In this document: one piece after another, positions 37,333-48,618 of the stretch
Position numbering within the stretch: the first letter of the stretch is position 1
Layout: each line of letters opens with the position of its first letter
Assembly: GCA_002361235.1 (NCBI GenBank)
Contig: DESI01000005.1
Location: 204 to 64,203, forward strand
Direction of reading: 5' to 3'
DNA: 64,000 nt
From: Porphyromonadaceae bacterium UBA3318
Lineage (GTDB): Bacteria > Bacteroidota > Bacteroidia > Bacteroidales > Muribaculaceae
The notes under the pieces: generated by a model
What the model was told of the DNA's origin: nothing
The model's database searches: none
What the model saw: only the letters and a program-made list of their open reading frames with translations
Position numbers and translations under genes: made by a program

Positions 37333-39258
37333 TTATTTCTTGTTGACGGATTTCAGCACTTTCCGGTTGACCTTCACGTTGTATTTACTGCGAAGCTCGT
37401 TCTCCCATTGCTCTTGGAACATGTTCTGGTAGTCGCTGGTGACCTGGCCCTTTACATCGTTCATTTCTTCGGGCACGTTCAGTATGCGTTTGTTAAGCAT
37501 GAAAATCACCGGAAATTTCTCAATCGAGCTTTTGGTGACAGGGCCGTCGAAGGCTACGTAATCCACCATCGCGTTGCTTCCTTTGGGAACCAGTATCTTC
37601 TCGGTGGCCGCCTGCCCTTTGAATTCCATGCGGATCGCAGGCGCGATCTCCTCCTCTTTCAGATGCTTGGCAAGTTCCTTTATGGCCGTGGCTACCGAAT
37701 CATTGGCTGCCTGCACGAAGATACCCTTGGCATGAGGCTTATCCCACTTATACTTGAAACGATTCTCCGCGAAATACTTCTCCAGTCCGGGAATGTCCTT
37801 GGCTGCCCTGTCCCACACTTTCTGAACGCTCACCTCATACAGCAGGCTTCCGTCCACATATTCCTTCAGCAGATTGCGGTAGTCGGGCTCGGTCTTGGCC
37901 AGGGCATCCTCCTCGAGGCCGGTGAGCACCCCGTTCATCCATGAATCCAGATTAGCGGCGATTATTTCCTTGGCTACAGCAGGATTCGACTGCTTGGCGC
38001 CGTTAAACTTAGCCACGAATTCAGCCACGCTGTATTTGTTGCCGTCGGCGGTCATCAAGGTGATGTTGCCGTCATTGCCCAGCCATTTTGCATAGAACAG
38101 GGAGTCGATGCCGTTCTCGGCTACGTAATCGTTCAGCGCCTTTAGGCCGTTCTGGTTCACCTGCGCCTTATGCCTGGCGGCGAAGCGCTCGGTCTGATGC
38201 TTCTGTATCAGCTTGTAACGCTCGTCCTGAGGGCTGCTCATGCGTGCCAGGGTCTGCTTCTTGACGACCTCCTTGGGCTGCGGTCCGCGCTCGTCCTGCT
38301 TCATGATGATATGATAGCCGTACGCAGTGCGCACGGGCTTGCTGATCTCACCCTTCTTCAGCGCAAAGGAGGCGGAATCGAATTCCTCTACCATCTCGCC
38401 GGCACCGAACCAGGGAAGCTGACCCCCCTGACGGGCACTGCCGGGATCCTCGCTGTTGACCGAGGCTATTTCGTTGAATTTCTCGGGATTGGCCGTCACA
38501 ACCTGATACAGACTGTCTATCTGCACCTTGGCACGTGCCCGGTCGGATTCCTGACGCGCCAACTTGAGTATGTGCGACACCTTGACCTTACCGCGTGCGT
38601 CGCGTTTGTGACCGCCTTTCAGTATGTGATAGCCCTGTGGACTCTCAATGACATCGGAGATTTCTCCTTCGGGAGTGCCGAACGCCGTCACCTCGAAGCT
38701 GTATGGATACTGACCGGCTATGATGTAGCCCATCAAGCCTCCCTTCATGGCGCTGCGTTTGTCCTGCGAATACTGTCGGGCCAGCGCCTCGAAGTCGCCG
38801 CCGTTGTCCAGCATCTGCTTCAGGCTGTCGGCCTTGGCCTTCATCTGCACGTTGTGTTCGGGCTTCGGGCTCTTGAAAAACATTATATGCTTGGCCTCGG
38901 CCTCCTTGAGCGAACGTGCGTATGCTTCGTCCACGAGCTTGTTCAGATACACTGAATCCGCCAGATACGGCAGGGCCAGATCGTGCTTGTACTGCTCGGT
39001 CTCCTTGCGGAACGAGGCTATTGTATCAAGTCCTGCTGCCTTAGCGTCGGCCACCTTCATCTTGTACAGCTTGAACATCTCCACATATTCGTCAAGCGTC
39101 TGCGGATTGATCTGCTGCTGACTGTTCTTATTGTAGAGATACTCGAACTCCGACTTGGTCACGTCCTCGCCGTTGATGGTCATGATTACCGGATCCTTCG
39201 CTGCAAACGCTGCCAATACAGCGGCCAGGCCCACTCCGGTCAATATCGGTTTTTTCAT
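37333..39258 (-). CDS. Periplasmic peptidyl-prolyl cis-trans isomerase with two rotamase domains
   Basis: KDPVIMTINGEDVTKSEFEYLYNKN; FEALARQYSQD..KGGLMG; SEDPGSARQGGQLPWF; RTAYGYHII. Confidence 0.85.
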   Translation of the reverse strand: MKKPILTGVGLAAVLAAFAAKDPVIMTINGEDVTKSEFEYLYNKNSQQQINPQTLDEYVEMFKLYKMKVADAKAAGLDTIASFRKETEQYKHDLALPYLADSVYLNKLVDEAYARSLKEAEAKHIMFFKSPKPEHNVQMKAKADSLKQMLDNGGDFEALARQYSQDKRSAMKGGLMGYIIAGQYPYSFEVTAFGTPEGEISDVIESPQGYHILKGGHKRDARGKVKVSHILKLARQESDRARAKVQIDSLYQVVTANPEKFNEIASVNSEDPGSARQGGQLPWFGAGEMVEEFDSASFALKKGEISKPVRTAYGYHIIMKQDERGPQPKEVVKKQTLARMSSPQDERYKLIQKHQTERFAARHKAQVNQNGLKALNDYVAENGIDSLFYAKWLGNDGNITLMTADGNKYSVAEFVAKFNGAKQSNPAVAKEIIAANLDSWMNGVLTGLEEDALAKTEPDYRNLLKEYVDGSLLYEVSVQKVWDRAAKDIPGLEKYFAENRFKYKWDKPHAKGIFVQAANDSVATAIKELAKHLKEEEIAPAIRMEFKGQAATEKILVPKGSNAMVDYVAFDGPVTKSSIEKFPVIFMLNKRILNVPEEMNDVKGQVTSDYQNMFQEQWENELRSKYNVKVNRKVLKSVNKK

Positions 39259-39422
39259 CTTAGTTGTTAAGAATGTTGTTTCTTTTTGTGCGATATGTAT
39301 TAAGCACGGGGTTGTGATTCCCCACTTATCTTAAACGAATTCTACATTAAATTATTTTTAAAGCGCGCCCGCAAATTTACGGACGCGCCCTTATAGCATT
39401 TCGTTGTTATCTGCTTCTTCTT

Positions 39423-41618
39423 TTAATTACCTATATCGGAAATGAATTTGACACGGGCCAGGCGGATGGTCTCCTCGTCGTAATCGGCGCCTAATTCCTG
39501 TATGGCCAGCTCTATGTCGTCCTCCTCAAGCTCCATGAAGTAGCTGTTGAGGTCCTCCTGCTGGTCTTCGTCCAGGATTTCGTCTATGAAGTACCGGATG
39601 TCTATCTTGGTGCCGGCCTCCACTATCGATTCCAGTTCCGTCAGGAATTCGTCGAACTCCAGTCCGAGGCTGTCGGCCAGCTCGTCAAGGTCCACCCGCC
39701 GGTCAATGGCCTGGATTATCTGTATCTTTGTGTTGCTGCGCTGGGCCACGCTACGCACCTGTATGTCGTCGGGTCGCTCTATGTCGTTCTCCTCCACATA
39801 CCGCTGTATCACCTCTAAAAATGCCTTGCCGTACTTCATCGCTTTTCCGGCGCCCACTCCGGGTATGGCCTGCAGTTCCTTGTCGGTCAGCGGATAAGTG
39901 GTGGCCATGGCCTCAAGACTCTGGTCGCGGAACACCAGGTATGGCTTTATCTTGTGCTTGCGGGCCACGTCCTTGTTCAGTCCCGACAGGATGGCATACA
40001 GTTCCTGATCGGACGCCGAGCTTCCGCGTCCATGCGGAACGTCGTTGTCCACTTCCGAATAGTCCGTATCCTCAACAATCTCGAACTTATCGGGCGTCAT
40101 AATGAACTTATAGGCCTGTCCGGTCAGTTTCAGTATGCCGTAGTTTTCCAGGTCGCGCTCCAGGTATCCTCCCACCACGGCCTGGCGCACCAATGTGTTC
40201 ACCAGTTTCTCGTCCATGTCGGCGAGGGCCCCGAATTCCTCAAGCTGGTCGTGGCCGTTGCGCTTTATCTCGTCCGTGGCGCGCCCTATCAGCATGTTCA
40301 CCACGTATTCAGACTTGAAATGCTGTTCAACGGCCGATACGGTCTCCAGCACGGCCAGCAGGCCGTCGGTGGCTTCTATCTTCTTCTTCGGGTGACGGCA
40401 GTTGTCGCACTGGCCGCAGTTTTCCTCGTTATAGTTCTCGCCGAAATAGTGCAGCAGTATCTTGCGCCGGCACACCGACGATTCGGCATAATTGGCCGTT
40501 TCCAGCAGCAGCTGGTGTCCTATCTCCTGCTCCTGCACCGACTTGCTCTGCATCAGCTTGTCCAGTTTCTGCAGGTCCTTGCGGCTATAGAACGTGATGC
40601 AGTTGCCCACGCCGCCGTCGCGGCCTGCACGTCCCGTCTCCTGATAATATCCCTCCAGGCTCTTAGGCATGTCGTAATGTATCACGAAGCGCACGTCGGG
40701 CTTGTCGATGCCCATGCCGAACGCTATGGTGGCCACTATCACGTCCACTTCCTCGCTTAGAAACGCATCCTGGTTCTGAGCGCGCTGATTGGTATCCATG
40801 CCGGCGTGATAAGGCAACGCAGCGATGCCGTTGATGTTCAGCATCTCGGCAAATTCCTCCACCTTCTTGCGGCTCAGGCAGTACACTATGCCCGATTCGC
40901 CCGGATGCTGCCGGATGTATTTTATTATGTCCTTGTCTATGTCCTTGGTCTTGGGGCGCACCTCGTAATACAGGTTCTTGCGGTTGAAGCTCGACTTGAA
41001 AACCCTGGCCTTCAGTATGCCGAGGTTCTTCTGTATGTCGTGCTGCACCTTCGGCGTGGCCGTGGCCGTAAGGGCTATGATGGGGAACTGCCCTATCTCG
41101 TTGATCATGGGGCGTATCTTGCGGTACTCGGGCCTGAAATCGTGCCCCCATTCCGAGATGCAGTGCGCCTCGTCCACGGCAAAGAACGAAATCCTGATGC
41201 TTTTCAGGAACTCCACGTTTTCCTCCTTGGCCAGTGATTCGGGGGCAACGTACAGCAGCTTGGTCTTGCCGGAGCGCACGTCCTCGCGCACCTTCTCGGC
41301 CGCGCTTTTAGACAATGTGGAGTTAAGGAAATGCGCTACGCGCTCATGGTCCACATATCCGCGGATGGCGTCCACCTGATTCTTCATCAGGGCTATCAGC
41401 GGCGAGATCACTATCGCGGTGCCTTCCAGCATCAGTGCCGGAAGCTGATAGCACAGCGACTTACCGCCGCCCGTGGGCATCAGCACGAACACATCGCGAC
41501 CCGACACAAGGTTGTTGATCACATCGTACTGACCCTCCTTGAAAGCGTCGAATCCGAAGTAATATTTCAACGTCTCGTATATCCTTGCCTTGTTGTCCTG
41601 CTGATTCTTGTTTCCCAT
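39423..41618 (-). CDS. recQ: ATP-dependent DNA helicase RecQ
   Basis: MPTGGGKSLCYQLPA, DEAHCISEWGHDFRPEY, ATIAFGMGIDKPDVR, QETGRAGRDG; RQC and HRDC domains. Confidence 0.97.
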   Translation of the reverse strand: MGNKNQQDNKARIYETLKYYFGFDAFKEGQYDVINNLVSGRDVFVLMPTGGGKSLCYQLPALMLEGTAIVISPLIALMKNQVDAIRGYVDHERVAHFLNSTLSKSAAEKVREDVRSGKTKLLYVAPESLAKEENVEFLKSIRISFFAVDEAHCISEWGHDFRPEYRKIRPMINEIGQFPIIALTATATPKVQHDIQKNLGILKARVFKSSFNRKNLYYEVRPKTKDIDKDIIKYIRQHPGESGIVYCLSRKKVEEFAEMLNINGIAALPYHAGMDTNQRAQNQDAFLSEEVDVIVATIAFGMGIDKPDVRFVIHYDMPKSLEGYYQETGRAGRDGGVGNCITFYSRKDLQKLDKLMQSKSVQEQEIGHQLLLETANYAESSVCRRKILLHYFGENYNEENCGQCDNCRHPKKKIEATDGLLAVLETVSAVEQHFKSEYVVNMLIGRATDEIKRNGHDQLEEFGALADMDEKLVNTLVRQAVVGGYLERDLENYGILKLTGQAYKFIMTPDKFEIVEDTDYSEVDNDVPHGRGSSASDQELYAILSGLNKDVARKHKIKPYLVFRDQSLEAMATTYPLTDKELQAIPGVGAGKAMKYGKAFLEVIQRYVEENDIERPDDIQVRSVAQRSNTKIQIIQAIDRRVDLDELADSLGLEFDEFLTELESIVEAGTKIDIRYFIDEILDEDQQEDLNSYFMELEEDDIELAIQELGADYDEETIRLARVKFISDIGN

Positions 41619-41748
41619 GATTGAGTTTGAGGTTTGAGAAGTACCGGAGAGTCACCCACTGTCTGACAAATCATTCAGAGAGATGAAATATCGCTGACCG
41701 AAGCTCCTTCAGCGAGATATCATATCCAATGTCTGACCGCTCCGAATA

Positions 41749-41756
41749 CAAATTTA
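41749..41756 (-). promoter_or_regulatory. -7 box of recQ
   Basis: Minus strand TAAATTTG, about 130 bp upstream of the start codon. Confidence 0.6.
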
Positions 41757-41873
41757 ATAATTTTTTCTCAATCCGCAAACAAATGTCCCAATAATTATGA
41801 AAGGCAGTGCGTATAACTTATTCCCTTATGTCCGGGCATTCTCTTGCCTGTATATTTCAATCCCGGGACGGGA

Positions 41874-43130
41874 TCAGTTGCCGGCTTCGAGCAGGTCGCC
41901 GAAGTGGGCTTTGTCAAGCTGCTTGTTGACGTAGTCGGCGTCGACGGTGAAGGTCTTGGTCTTCAGCGACGGCACGTCGTACATGGCGTCGACCATCACG
42001 GTCTCCACTATTGAACGGAGTCCGCGGGCGCCGAGCTTGTATTCCACGGCCTTGTCCACGATGGTGTCAAGGGCATCCTCGGTAAACTCCAGCTTCACGC
42101 CGTCCAGCTCCATCAGTCTTGAATACTGACGGATGATGGCGTTCTTGGGCTCGGTCAGGATGCGGCGCAACGCCTCCTTGTCCAGCGGATCAAGGCTGGT
42201 GAGGATAGGCAGACGACCGATTATCTCCGGTATCATACCGAACGACTTGAGGTCCTGCGGCATCACGTAGCGCATCAGATTGTCGCGCTGACGCTTGCGG
42301 TTCTTCTCGTCATGACCGTAACCCACGATGTGGGTGTTCAGTCGCGCCGCTATCTTACGCTCTATGCCGTCGAACGCGCCGCCGCACACGAACAGGATGT
42401 TCTTGGTGTTCACCGGTATCATCTTCTGCTCGGGATGCTTGCGGCCTCCCTGCGGCGGAACAAGCGCGACGGTACCCTCCAACAGTTTCAACAGACCCTG
42501 CTGCACACCCTCGCCGCTCACGTCACGCGTGATGGACGGATTGTCGCTCTTACGGGCTATCTTGTCTATCTCGTCGATGAATATGATACCGCGCTCGGCC
42601 TTCTCCACATCGTAATCGCAGGCCTGAAGCAGCCGGGTCAGCAACGACTCGATATCCTCGCCCACATAACCGGCCTCGGTCAGCACCGTGGCGTCCACGA
42701 TGGTGAACGGCACGTCAAGAAGCTTGGCGATAGACTTGGCCAGCAAGGTCTTGCCCGTACCGGTGGGACCCACCAGGACTACGTTCGACTTCTCGATGTC
42801 CACATCGTCGTCATCCTCCTTTTTGTTCTGGTTGATGCGCTTATAGTGATTGTAGACGGCCACGGACAGATACTTCTTGGCCTCGTCCTGGCCTATCACG
42901 TACTGATCCAGAAATTCCTTGATTTCATGAGGCGTGGGTATCGGCTTGGGTGCGCTTTTCTTGTCCTGCGCCTTTCCCTTGCGCTTACGCAGCTCCGTAT
43001 CGCGCTGGTCGTCGATAAACTGTATGCAGTCCGTGCACAGACACAGGTCCTGAATCACCGGAACCACAGGGCTTTCGGCGGAATCGAACTTGCCGCACAT
43101 GCCGCACCTCAGATCGCTCTTTTTTGCCAT
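41874..43130 (-). CDS. clpX: ATP-dependent Clp protease ATP-binding subunit ClpX
   Basis: N-terminal zinc finger CGMC...CTDC; GPTGTGKT; [27 protein letters not shown]; LGARGLR. Confidence 0.97.
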   Translation of the reverse strand: MAKKSDLRCGMCGKFDSAESPVVPVIQDLCLCTDCIQFIDDQRDTELRKRKGKAQDKKSAPKPIPTPHEIKEFLDQYVIGQDEAKKYLSVAVYNHYKRINQNKKEDDDDVDIEKSNVVLVGPTGTGKTLLAKSIAKLLDVPFTIVDATVLTEAGYVGEDIESLLTRLLQACDYDVEKAERGIIFIDEIDKIARKSDNPSITRDVSGEGVQQGLLKLLEGTVALVPPQGGRKHPEQKMIPVNTKNILFVCGGAFDGIERKIAARLNTHIVGYGHDEKNRKRQRDNLMRYVMPQDLKSFGMIPEIIGRLPILTSLDPLDKEALRRILTEPKNAIIRQYSRLMELDGVKLEFTEDALDTIVDKAVEYKLGARGLRSIVETVMVDAMYDVPSLKTKTFTVDADYVNKQLDKAHFGDLLEAGN

Positions 43131-43135
43131 TCCTT

Positions 43136-43834
43136 TTACTTCTTCGACGGATTAACCAATACCTTGTCGATCATGCCATATTCCTGGGCCTCCTTGGCTA
43201 TCATCCAGTAGTCGCGGTCGGAATCGGCCTCTACCTTGGAGAAGGGCTGACCGGAGTGGTCGGAGATGATGCGGTACAGTTCCTCCTTGAGTTTGAGGAT
43301 CTCGCGCGCCGTGATCTCGATGTCCGATGCCTGTCCCTGGATTCCGCCCATGGGCTGATGAATCATCACGCGGCTGTGAGGCAGCGCGTAACGCTTACCC
43401 TTCTCGCCGGCCACAAGCAGCACCGCGGCCATCGACGCGGCCATCCCCGTACAGATAGTGGACACATCGGAGTTGATGTACTGCATGGTGTCGTATATTC
43501 CCAGTCCGGCATATACCGATCCGCCGGGGCTGTTGATGTACAGGCTGATGTCCTTGTCGGGGTCTACCGAGTCAAGGTACAGCAGCTGGGCCTGGATTAT
43601 GTTGGCGCTCTGGTCCGACACCTGCGTGCCGAGGAATATGATGCGGTCCATCATCAGACGCGAGAACACGTCCATCTGAGTCACGTTCAGCTGACGTTCC
43701 TCCAGGATGTACGGATTCATATAGTCTGCCATCGGGCTTTTGACGCCGGCGCCGGCCTTGCGCATATACGAGTCTATGGTGTTGCCGCTCATGCCGAGAT
43801 GGTTCACGGCATAGTTTCTAAAATCATTCTGCAT
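43136..43834 (-). CDS. clpP: Clp protease proteolytic subunit ClpP
   Basis: [45 protein letters not shown]; ATG 43834 preferred over TTG 43855. Confidence 0.97.
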   Translation of the reverse strand: MQNDFRNYAVNHLGMSGNTIDSYMRKAGAGVKSPMADYMNPYILEERQLNVTQMDVFSRLMMDRIIFLGTQVSDQSANIIQAQLLYLDSVDPDKDISLYINSPGGSVYAGLGIYDTMQYINSDVSTICTGMAASMAAVLLVAGEKGKRYALPHSRVMIHQPMGGIQGQASDIEITAREILKLKEELYRIISDHSGQPFSKVEADSDRDYWMIAKEAQEYGMIDKVLVNPSKK

Positions 43835-44017
43835 AGTCTGTTCTTTCTTATTCAACGGACGGCGTCTGCATCGCCATCCATTCGGTCTGGTTATACTAAG
43901 ACGTCGCGGGAACCGGCGACCCGGCTCCCGCGCAGTCCTGGTATCTATAACAAATTACGCGCCAATATTCCCAAATACTCAAATGTGACCTGACGCAATT
44001 TGTTTAGAGTTCTTTGA

Positions 44018-45391
44018 TTACTCGGCTCCTTCTTCCTCCTGTTCATTCTTGAACAGGGCGTTGAATTCCTCGGGAGTCACTTCTTTCTCGTCAACTGTCA
44101 CGGCCTCGCGGAGTGCGGTGAAGAACTTCATGTCTACCGTGTTCTGACGGATACGGTCTATGGCCTTCTTGTCCTTCAGGATGTCGTCGGCAAAGCGGTC
44201 GATGGCCTCCTCCGGAGGATTGGCCATGCCGTACTGCGCGAACTGCTGGCGTGCCATCATCTTGGCGGTCTGCTTCACATCCTCCTCGTTTATCTCGATA
44301 CCCATCTGGGTCATCAGCGTGTCCTTGGCCAGATCCCACAGCAGCGAACCCTTCGAGCTTTCGTACACCTCGTCTACGTTGCTCTCGTTGATGTCCTTGT
44401 TGTTGATGATCAGGTATTCCTTCAGGATGTCGTCGGGCAGCTTGGAGTCCTTAACCTTGTCCATGATCACGTTGCGGGCATCGATGGTGAAACGGAAGTT
44501 CTCCTCGCCCGACAGGCTGTTCTCGATCATGGCCTTGACTGCGGCGCGGTAGCCGGCCTCGTCCTTCACCGTACCGTCGGCGCCGAACACTTCCTTGTAG
44601 TATTCCTCGCCCGGCTCTGCGGGCTTCAGCACGATGATCTCCTTGATTTCCATCTCGAAGTCACCCTTGTAGTTCTCCACGTCCTTCTTGTCGATGTTCA
44701 GCATCGACGACATCTCGCTGGGATTGCCGTCGCATGTGGCCCAGGGATTGAACACCACCTTGTCGCCTACATGCTTGCCCATGAACAGCTCGGCCTGTGC
44801 GCGGTCCTTGAAGTACTGGGGAGCCACGATGCCGTTCTCGATAACCAGTCCGCCCTCGTCGTTACCGTCGGCGTCAAGCTCGCGGAGCACGCCCTTCACC
44901 AGTGCGGTCTCGTCTACGGTCTCGCCCGGCTCCTGCTTGCCGAAACGACGGCGAAGCTGCTTGTCCTGCTCGTCAATCATCTCGTCCGAAATCTTGATCT
45001 TGTAGTAGGGAATGTGCAGCTCCTTGTCGGCCTTGATGTCCATCACGGGTGCCAGACCTACGTTGAACTTCAGGGTGAAGTCCGTTTCGTTCGGATTCAG
45101 GTCATTCTCCTTGAAGGGAACGGGCTGACCCAACACTGCCAGGTGATTGTCCTCTATATATTTGTACAGCTCCTGGCCCACCAGCTTGCTGACTACATCG
45201 TACTTGACGCTCTTGCCGTATTTCTTCTCGAGCACTCCCGCGGGCACATGACCGGCGCGGAACCCGGGCTCGGCGTGTGTCTTACCGATGTTCTTCAGTT
45301 CCTTCTTTACTGTGTCGGCATAGTCTGCCTGTCCGACGGTCACGGTTATAATGCCGTGTACATCATCGACCTTTTGGAATTCTACGTTCAT
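44018..45391 (-). CDS. tig: Trigger factor
   Basis: PGFRAGHVP ribosome-binding motif; upstream of clpP-clpX. Confidence 0.9.
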   Translation of the reverse strand: MNVEFQKVDDVHGIITVTVGQADYADTVKKELKNIGKTHAEPGFRAGHVPAGVLEKKYGKSVKYDVVSKLVGQELYKYIEDNHLAVLGQPVPFKENDLNPNETDFTLKFNVGLAPVMDIKADKELHIPYYKIKISDEMIDEQDKQLRRRFGKQEPGETVDETALVKGVLRELDADGNDEGGLVIENGIVAPQYFKDRAQAELFMGKHVGDKVVFNPWATCDGNPSEMSSMLNIDKKDVENYKGDFEMEIKEIIVLKPAEPGEEYYKEVFGADGTVKDEAGYRAAVKAMIENSLSGEENFRFTIDARNVIMDKVKDSKLPDDILKEYLIINNKDINESNVDEVYESSKGSLLWDLAKDTLMTQMGIEINEEDVKQTAKMMARQQFAQYGMANPPEEAIDRFADDILKDKKAIDRIRQNTVDMKFFTALREAVTVDEKEVTPEEFNALFKNEQEEEGAE

Positions 45392-45554
45392 TATATACTA
45401 TATCTTTTTATAATTTTCTACAATACTATTGTGGCTACGCGCCACTATCAGCCCGCAAAATTAACAAATTTTTCTGAATTATGTTGAGATACCTCTCAAT
45501 AAAATATGTTAATCGGGCTGTTTACGGCCTGTGCGAGGCTTTGCTCCGCTTTCT

Positions 45555-46871
45555 TTATCTGAAGAAAAGACGCATGGCCTTCACCATAGCCAGCTGGTCG
45601 TCCACGCTGGCCGTTTCGGCGGCCGAATGCATTGCCCAGATGGCGTTGCCCACGTCCACGCCCTCGATGTCGAACTGCGACGTGGCGATGTTGCCGAGTG
45701 TCGACCCGCCCGCCGAGTCGCTGTGGTTGACGAAGTACTGGGCCTTCACTCCGGCCTCGCGGCACAGCTCGTTGAACACGGCGGCACCGCGGCTGTCGCT
45801 CATATACTTGCAGTTGGCGTTTATCTTTATCACCGGGCCGCCGCCCATCACGGCGTGATTGGTCGGATCATACTTGCCGTCGTAGTTGGGATGCCAAGCG
45901 TGGGCGTCGTCGGCCGAAATCATGAAGCTGGAGGCAATGGCGCGGTAATAGTCCTCGCGGTTGCCGCAGAGTTGCAGGCAGATGCGTTCCAGTATGTTGC
46001 GCAGCACGGGCGACGCGGCTCCCTGCTTTGTGCCCGAGCCGGTCTCCTCGTTGTCGAACACGGCCAATACGCGCGTGGCGGCTGTCTTGTTCTCATGCTC
46101 GTCGAGCATAGCCTGCAGGCCGGCATACGCCATCGACAGGTCGTCGATGCGGCCCGACTGGAAGAACTGTCCATTCACGCCGATAATCCGTGCTTTCTCC
46201 ACGGGATAGAGACAAAGCTCATAGTCCACTATGTCCTCGGGCTGAATGCCAAGCTCGCGGGCCACCATGATGCGCACCAGGCCGCCTCGGCTCTTATGTT
46301 CGGCTATTTCTTCGTCGCTGAAGTATCCCAGCACCGGCAGCATGTCCTTCTGCACGGACAGCGAATTGCCCTCGTTCACGGCACGGTTGAAGTGTATGGC
46401 CAGGTGCGGAATGGTGCATACCGGTTCGTGAAGATCCACCACATATTCGCGGGGATGCTCCCAGTCGTTGCCGCGCACGGCCACACGGCCGGCTATCGAC
46501 AGAGGACGGTCGAACCATGTGTACATGATGCCGCCACCGTATTTCTCCACGTTCAGCTTCACTATGCCGCCGTCGCCGTACATCTCGGCGTTCGGCTTTA
46601 TCTTGAAGCAGGGCGAATCGCTGTGGGCGGAGATTATCCTGAAGCCATTCTCGGCCACATTTCCCTCTCCAACTATGAAAGCGAACAGCGCACTGCCGTT
46701 CTTGGTCATATAGTACCGGCCGCCGCGTTCCAGTTGCCACGCGTCGCGCTCGTCAAGGCGTTTGAAGCCGGCTGTGTCAAGTTCCTCGCGCATATTGCGC
46801 ACCGCCGTGAAATTACACGTGGACTTATCCATCCACTCCAACAACCTCCCCATTACATATTCCGTAGCCAT
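45555..46871 (-). CDS. M18 family aminopeptidase
   Basis: SAHSDSPC, RIDDLSM, FDNEETGS, SADDAHAWHPNY, GSTLG, AMHSAAE. Confidence 0.92.
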   Translation of the reverse strand: MATEYVMGRLLEWMDKSTCNFTAVRNMREELDTAGFKRLDERDAWQLERGGRYYMTKNGSALFAFIVGEGNVAENGFRIISAHSDSPCFKIKPNAEMYGDGGIVKLNVEKYGGGIMYTWFDRPLSIAGRVAVRGNDWEHPREYVVDLHEPVCTIPHLAIHFNRAVNEGNSLSVQKDMLPVLGYFSDEEIAEHKSRGGLVRIMVARELGIQPEDIVDYELCLYPVEKARIIGVNGQFFQSGRIDDLSMAYAGLQAMLDEHENKTAATRVLAVFDNEETGSGTKQGAASPVLRNILERICLQLCGNREDYYRAIASSFMISADDAHAWHPNYDGKYDPTNHAVMGGGPVIKINANCKYMSDSRGAAVFNELCREAGVKAQYFVNHSDSAGGSTLGNIATSQFDIEGVDVGNAIWAMHSAAETASVDDQLAMVKAMRLFFR

Positions 46872-46952
46872 TTTTTCTACTTTACTTGTCCGTTTTTGCC
46901 TTTACCAGGCTGGTTAGTTCGGGCCCGGAGCTTCCAGCTCCGGCTCCCTCTA

Positions 46953-47465
46953 TTATTGATTGAACCGCAGGTGATTCAGCGCCCGCAGCACGTTGCACAG
47001 CGTCTGGCTCCAGTACGAAGCGAAATTCTCGCGGCATTCCACATACGCGCCGGCCAGCTCCTGACCATCCGTTTCCTTTACTACCATTATAAAATTATAC
47101 AGCGCCTGGAAGATGTCGGCCAGACTTTCGGCTATCGACGCCGCTATCGGCGTGTCGCTGTATTTCATATCCTCCTCGAAGGTTTCGAGAAACACATCGT
47201 CAGGGCCAAGCACCATCTCGACATTGCGGCGTATGGTGTCGTACCATTGCTCGTCGACGTACGTCTGATAGTAGCCGTAGTCCAGAACTCCCACCTCCTC
47301 AGGACTCAGACCGGCGAACTCGCCGTAGATCTGCGGCAGCAGTTCGGTCATCCTGACCACAAACTCTTCCTTCTCCATCTCGCGCGCGTTCTCCACCGCC
47401 TCGCAGTATTGCGACGCGTACGCGGTGATGTTGAGCATCTTCCGGTTCAGTGCGCTTTCATCCAT
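46953..47465 (-). CDS. DUF5063 family protein
   Basis: LGPDDVFLETFEEDMKYSDTPIAASIAESLADIFQ, FASYWSQTL; follows nadD. Confidence 0.75.
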   Translation of the reverse strand: MDESALNRKMLNITAYASQYCEAVENAREMEKEEFVVRMTELLPQIYGEFAGLSPEEVGVLDYGYYQTYVDEQWYDTIRRNVEMVLGPDDVFLETFEEDMKYSDTPIAASIAESLADIFQALYNFIMVVKETDGQELAGAYVECRENFASYWSQTLCNVLRALNHLRFNQ

Positions 47466-48040
47466 TATCTGTACAATTGTTTTTCCTCTATATAATTCAG
47501 AACGTTACAGGGCACCAAAAAGGTCACGTCCTGCCCTCGCTTCAAAGCCTGTCGGATATAAGTCGATGACACGAACACCTGCGGCACCTCTCCGGCCAAC
47601 TCCACATTCCCCGGCATTTCGGAGGGAAGTTCATAGCCCGGCCGCGGATATATCGTTACGCCATACTCAGCTAATATCCTGTCGGCGTCTCGCCATCGTC
47701 CGAAAGCCTCCCAGTTGTCCGAGCCTATTATCACCCGGAACGTATGCTCCGGATATTGCCGGCTCAGCGCACACAGGGTGCGGCAGGTATATGACGGCTC
47801 GGGCAGGCTCTGCTCTATATCGTTAACTTCCACGCCCTTGCACCTGTCGGCCACAAGCCTGCACATCTCGGTGCGCATGGCTCCGTCGGCGGGGCGTTCC
47901 TCACCTGTCTTGAAGGGGTTGATTCGTGCGGGAACGAGCCAAACCCTGTCGAACACGCCTCGCTGTACCAGTTCGTTGGCCACGACGGCATGTCCCGTGT
48001 GTATCGGGTCGAAACTTCCGCCTAATATCCCTATCTTCAT
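47465..48040 (-). CDS. nadD: Nicotinate-nucleotide adenylyltransferase
   Basis: GGSFDPIHTGH, NPFK, SYTC.TL, IIGSDN, VSSTYIR. Confidence 0.95.
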   Translation of the reverse strand: MKIGILGGSFDPIHTGHAVVANELVQRGVFDRVWLVPARINPFKTGEERPADGAMRTEMCRLVADRCKGVEVNDIEQSLPEPSYTCRTLCALSRQYPEHTFRVIIGSDNWEAFGRWRDADRILAEYGVTIYPRPGYELPSEMPGNVELAGEVPQVFVSSTYIRQALKRGQDVTFLVPCNVLNYIEEKQLYR

Positions 48041-48618
48041 TTCGTGAATTCCCGGATATTGTCGGCCACGTCGGCCACCGCCGTGTCCAGGTCATCGTTC
48101 ACCACCACCTTGTCGTAACGGTCGGCGAAACTCATCTCGTACTCGGCCTTGTCGAGACGTCGGCGTATCGATTCGTCATCGTCGGTGGCGCGCGACCGCA
48201 GACGCTCCTCGAGCGATTGCAGCGTCGGCGGTTCTATGAATATCAGCAGCGCGCGGTCGCCGTAACGTTTCTTGACGTTCAAAGCCCCCTCTACATCTAT
48301 GTCCATTATCAGGTTCTTGCCACAGCCGGTGACGCGCTCCACTTCCGATACCAACGTGCCGTAGCGTGTGCCGGAATACACCTCGGCCCACTCCACGAAC
48401 TCGCCGCGCTCTATACGGGCCGCGAATTCATCCGGACTCAGGAAATAGTATTGCACGCCGTCCTGTTCCGTGCCTCGGGGCGCGCGGCTTGTGGCCGACA
48501 CCGAAAAACCAAGGTTCAGGTCGGGCATCTTCATCAGTTCGCCTATAATGGTGCTCTTGCCCGTTCCCGAAGGCGCGGACAGCACTATGATTTTTCCGTT
48601 GTTATTGTTACAACACAT
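48037..48618 (-). CDS. gmk: Guanylate kinase
   Basis: SAPSGTGKST, SATSRAPR, YYFLS, EWAEVY, YGTL, DIDVEGA. Confidence 0.96.
   Translation of the reverse strand: MCCNNNNGKIIVLSAPSGTGKSTIIGELMKMPDLNLGFSVSATSRAPRGTEQDGVQYYFLSPDEFAARIERGEFVEWAEVYSGTRYGTLVSEVERVTGCGKNLIMDIDVEGALNVKKRYGDRALLIFIEPPTLQSLEERLRSRATDDDESIRRRLDKAEYEMSFADRYDKVVVNDDLDTAVADVADNIREFTK

Noticed and set aside
43905-43932. GC-rich hairpin between tig and clpP (and a similar one at about 46924-46943)
   Set aside because: Single simple hairpins consistent with ordinary terminators or stabilisers; no further support for an ncRNA
45531-47495. 654-aa plus-strand ORF, and similar long antisense ORFs (27228-28847, 58837-60453, 24854-25996, 26093-27397)
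   Set aside because: Shadow frames opposite well-supported GC-rich genes; no recognisable motifs
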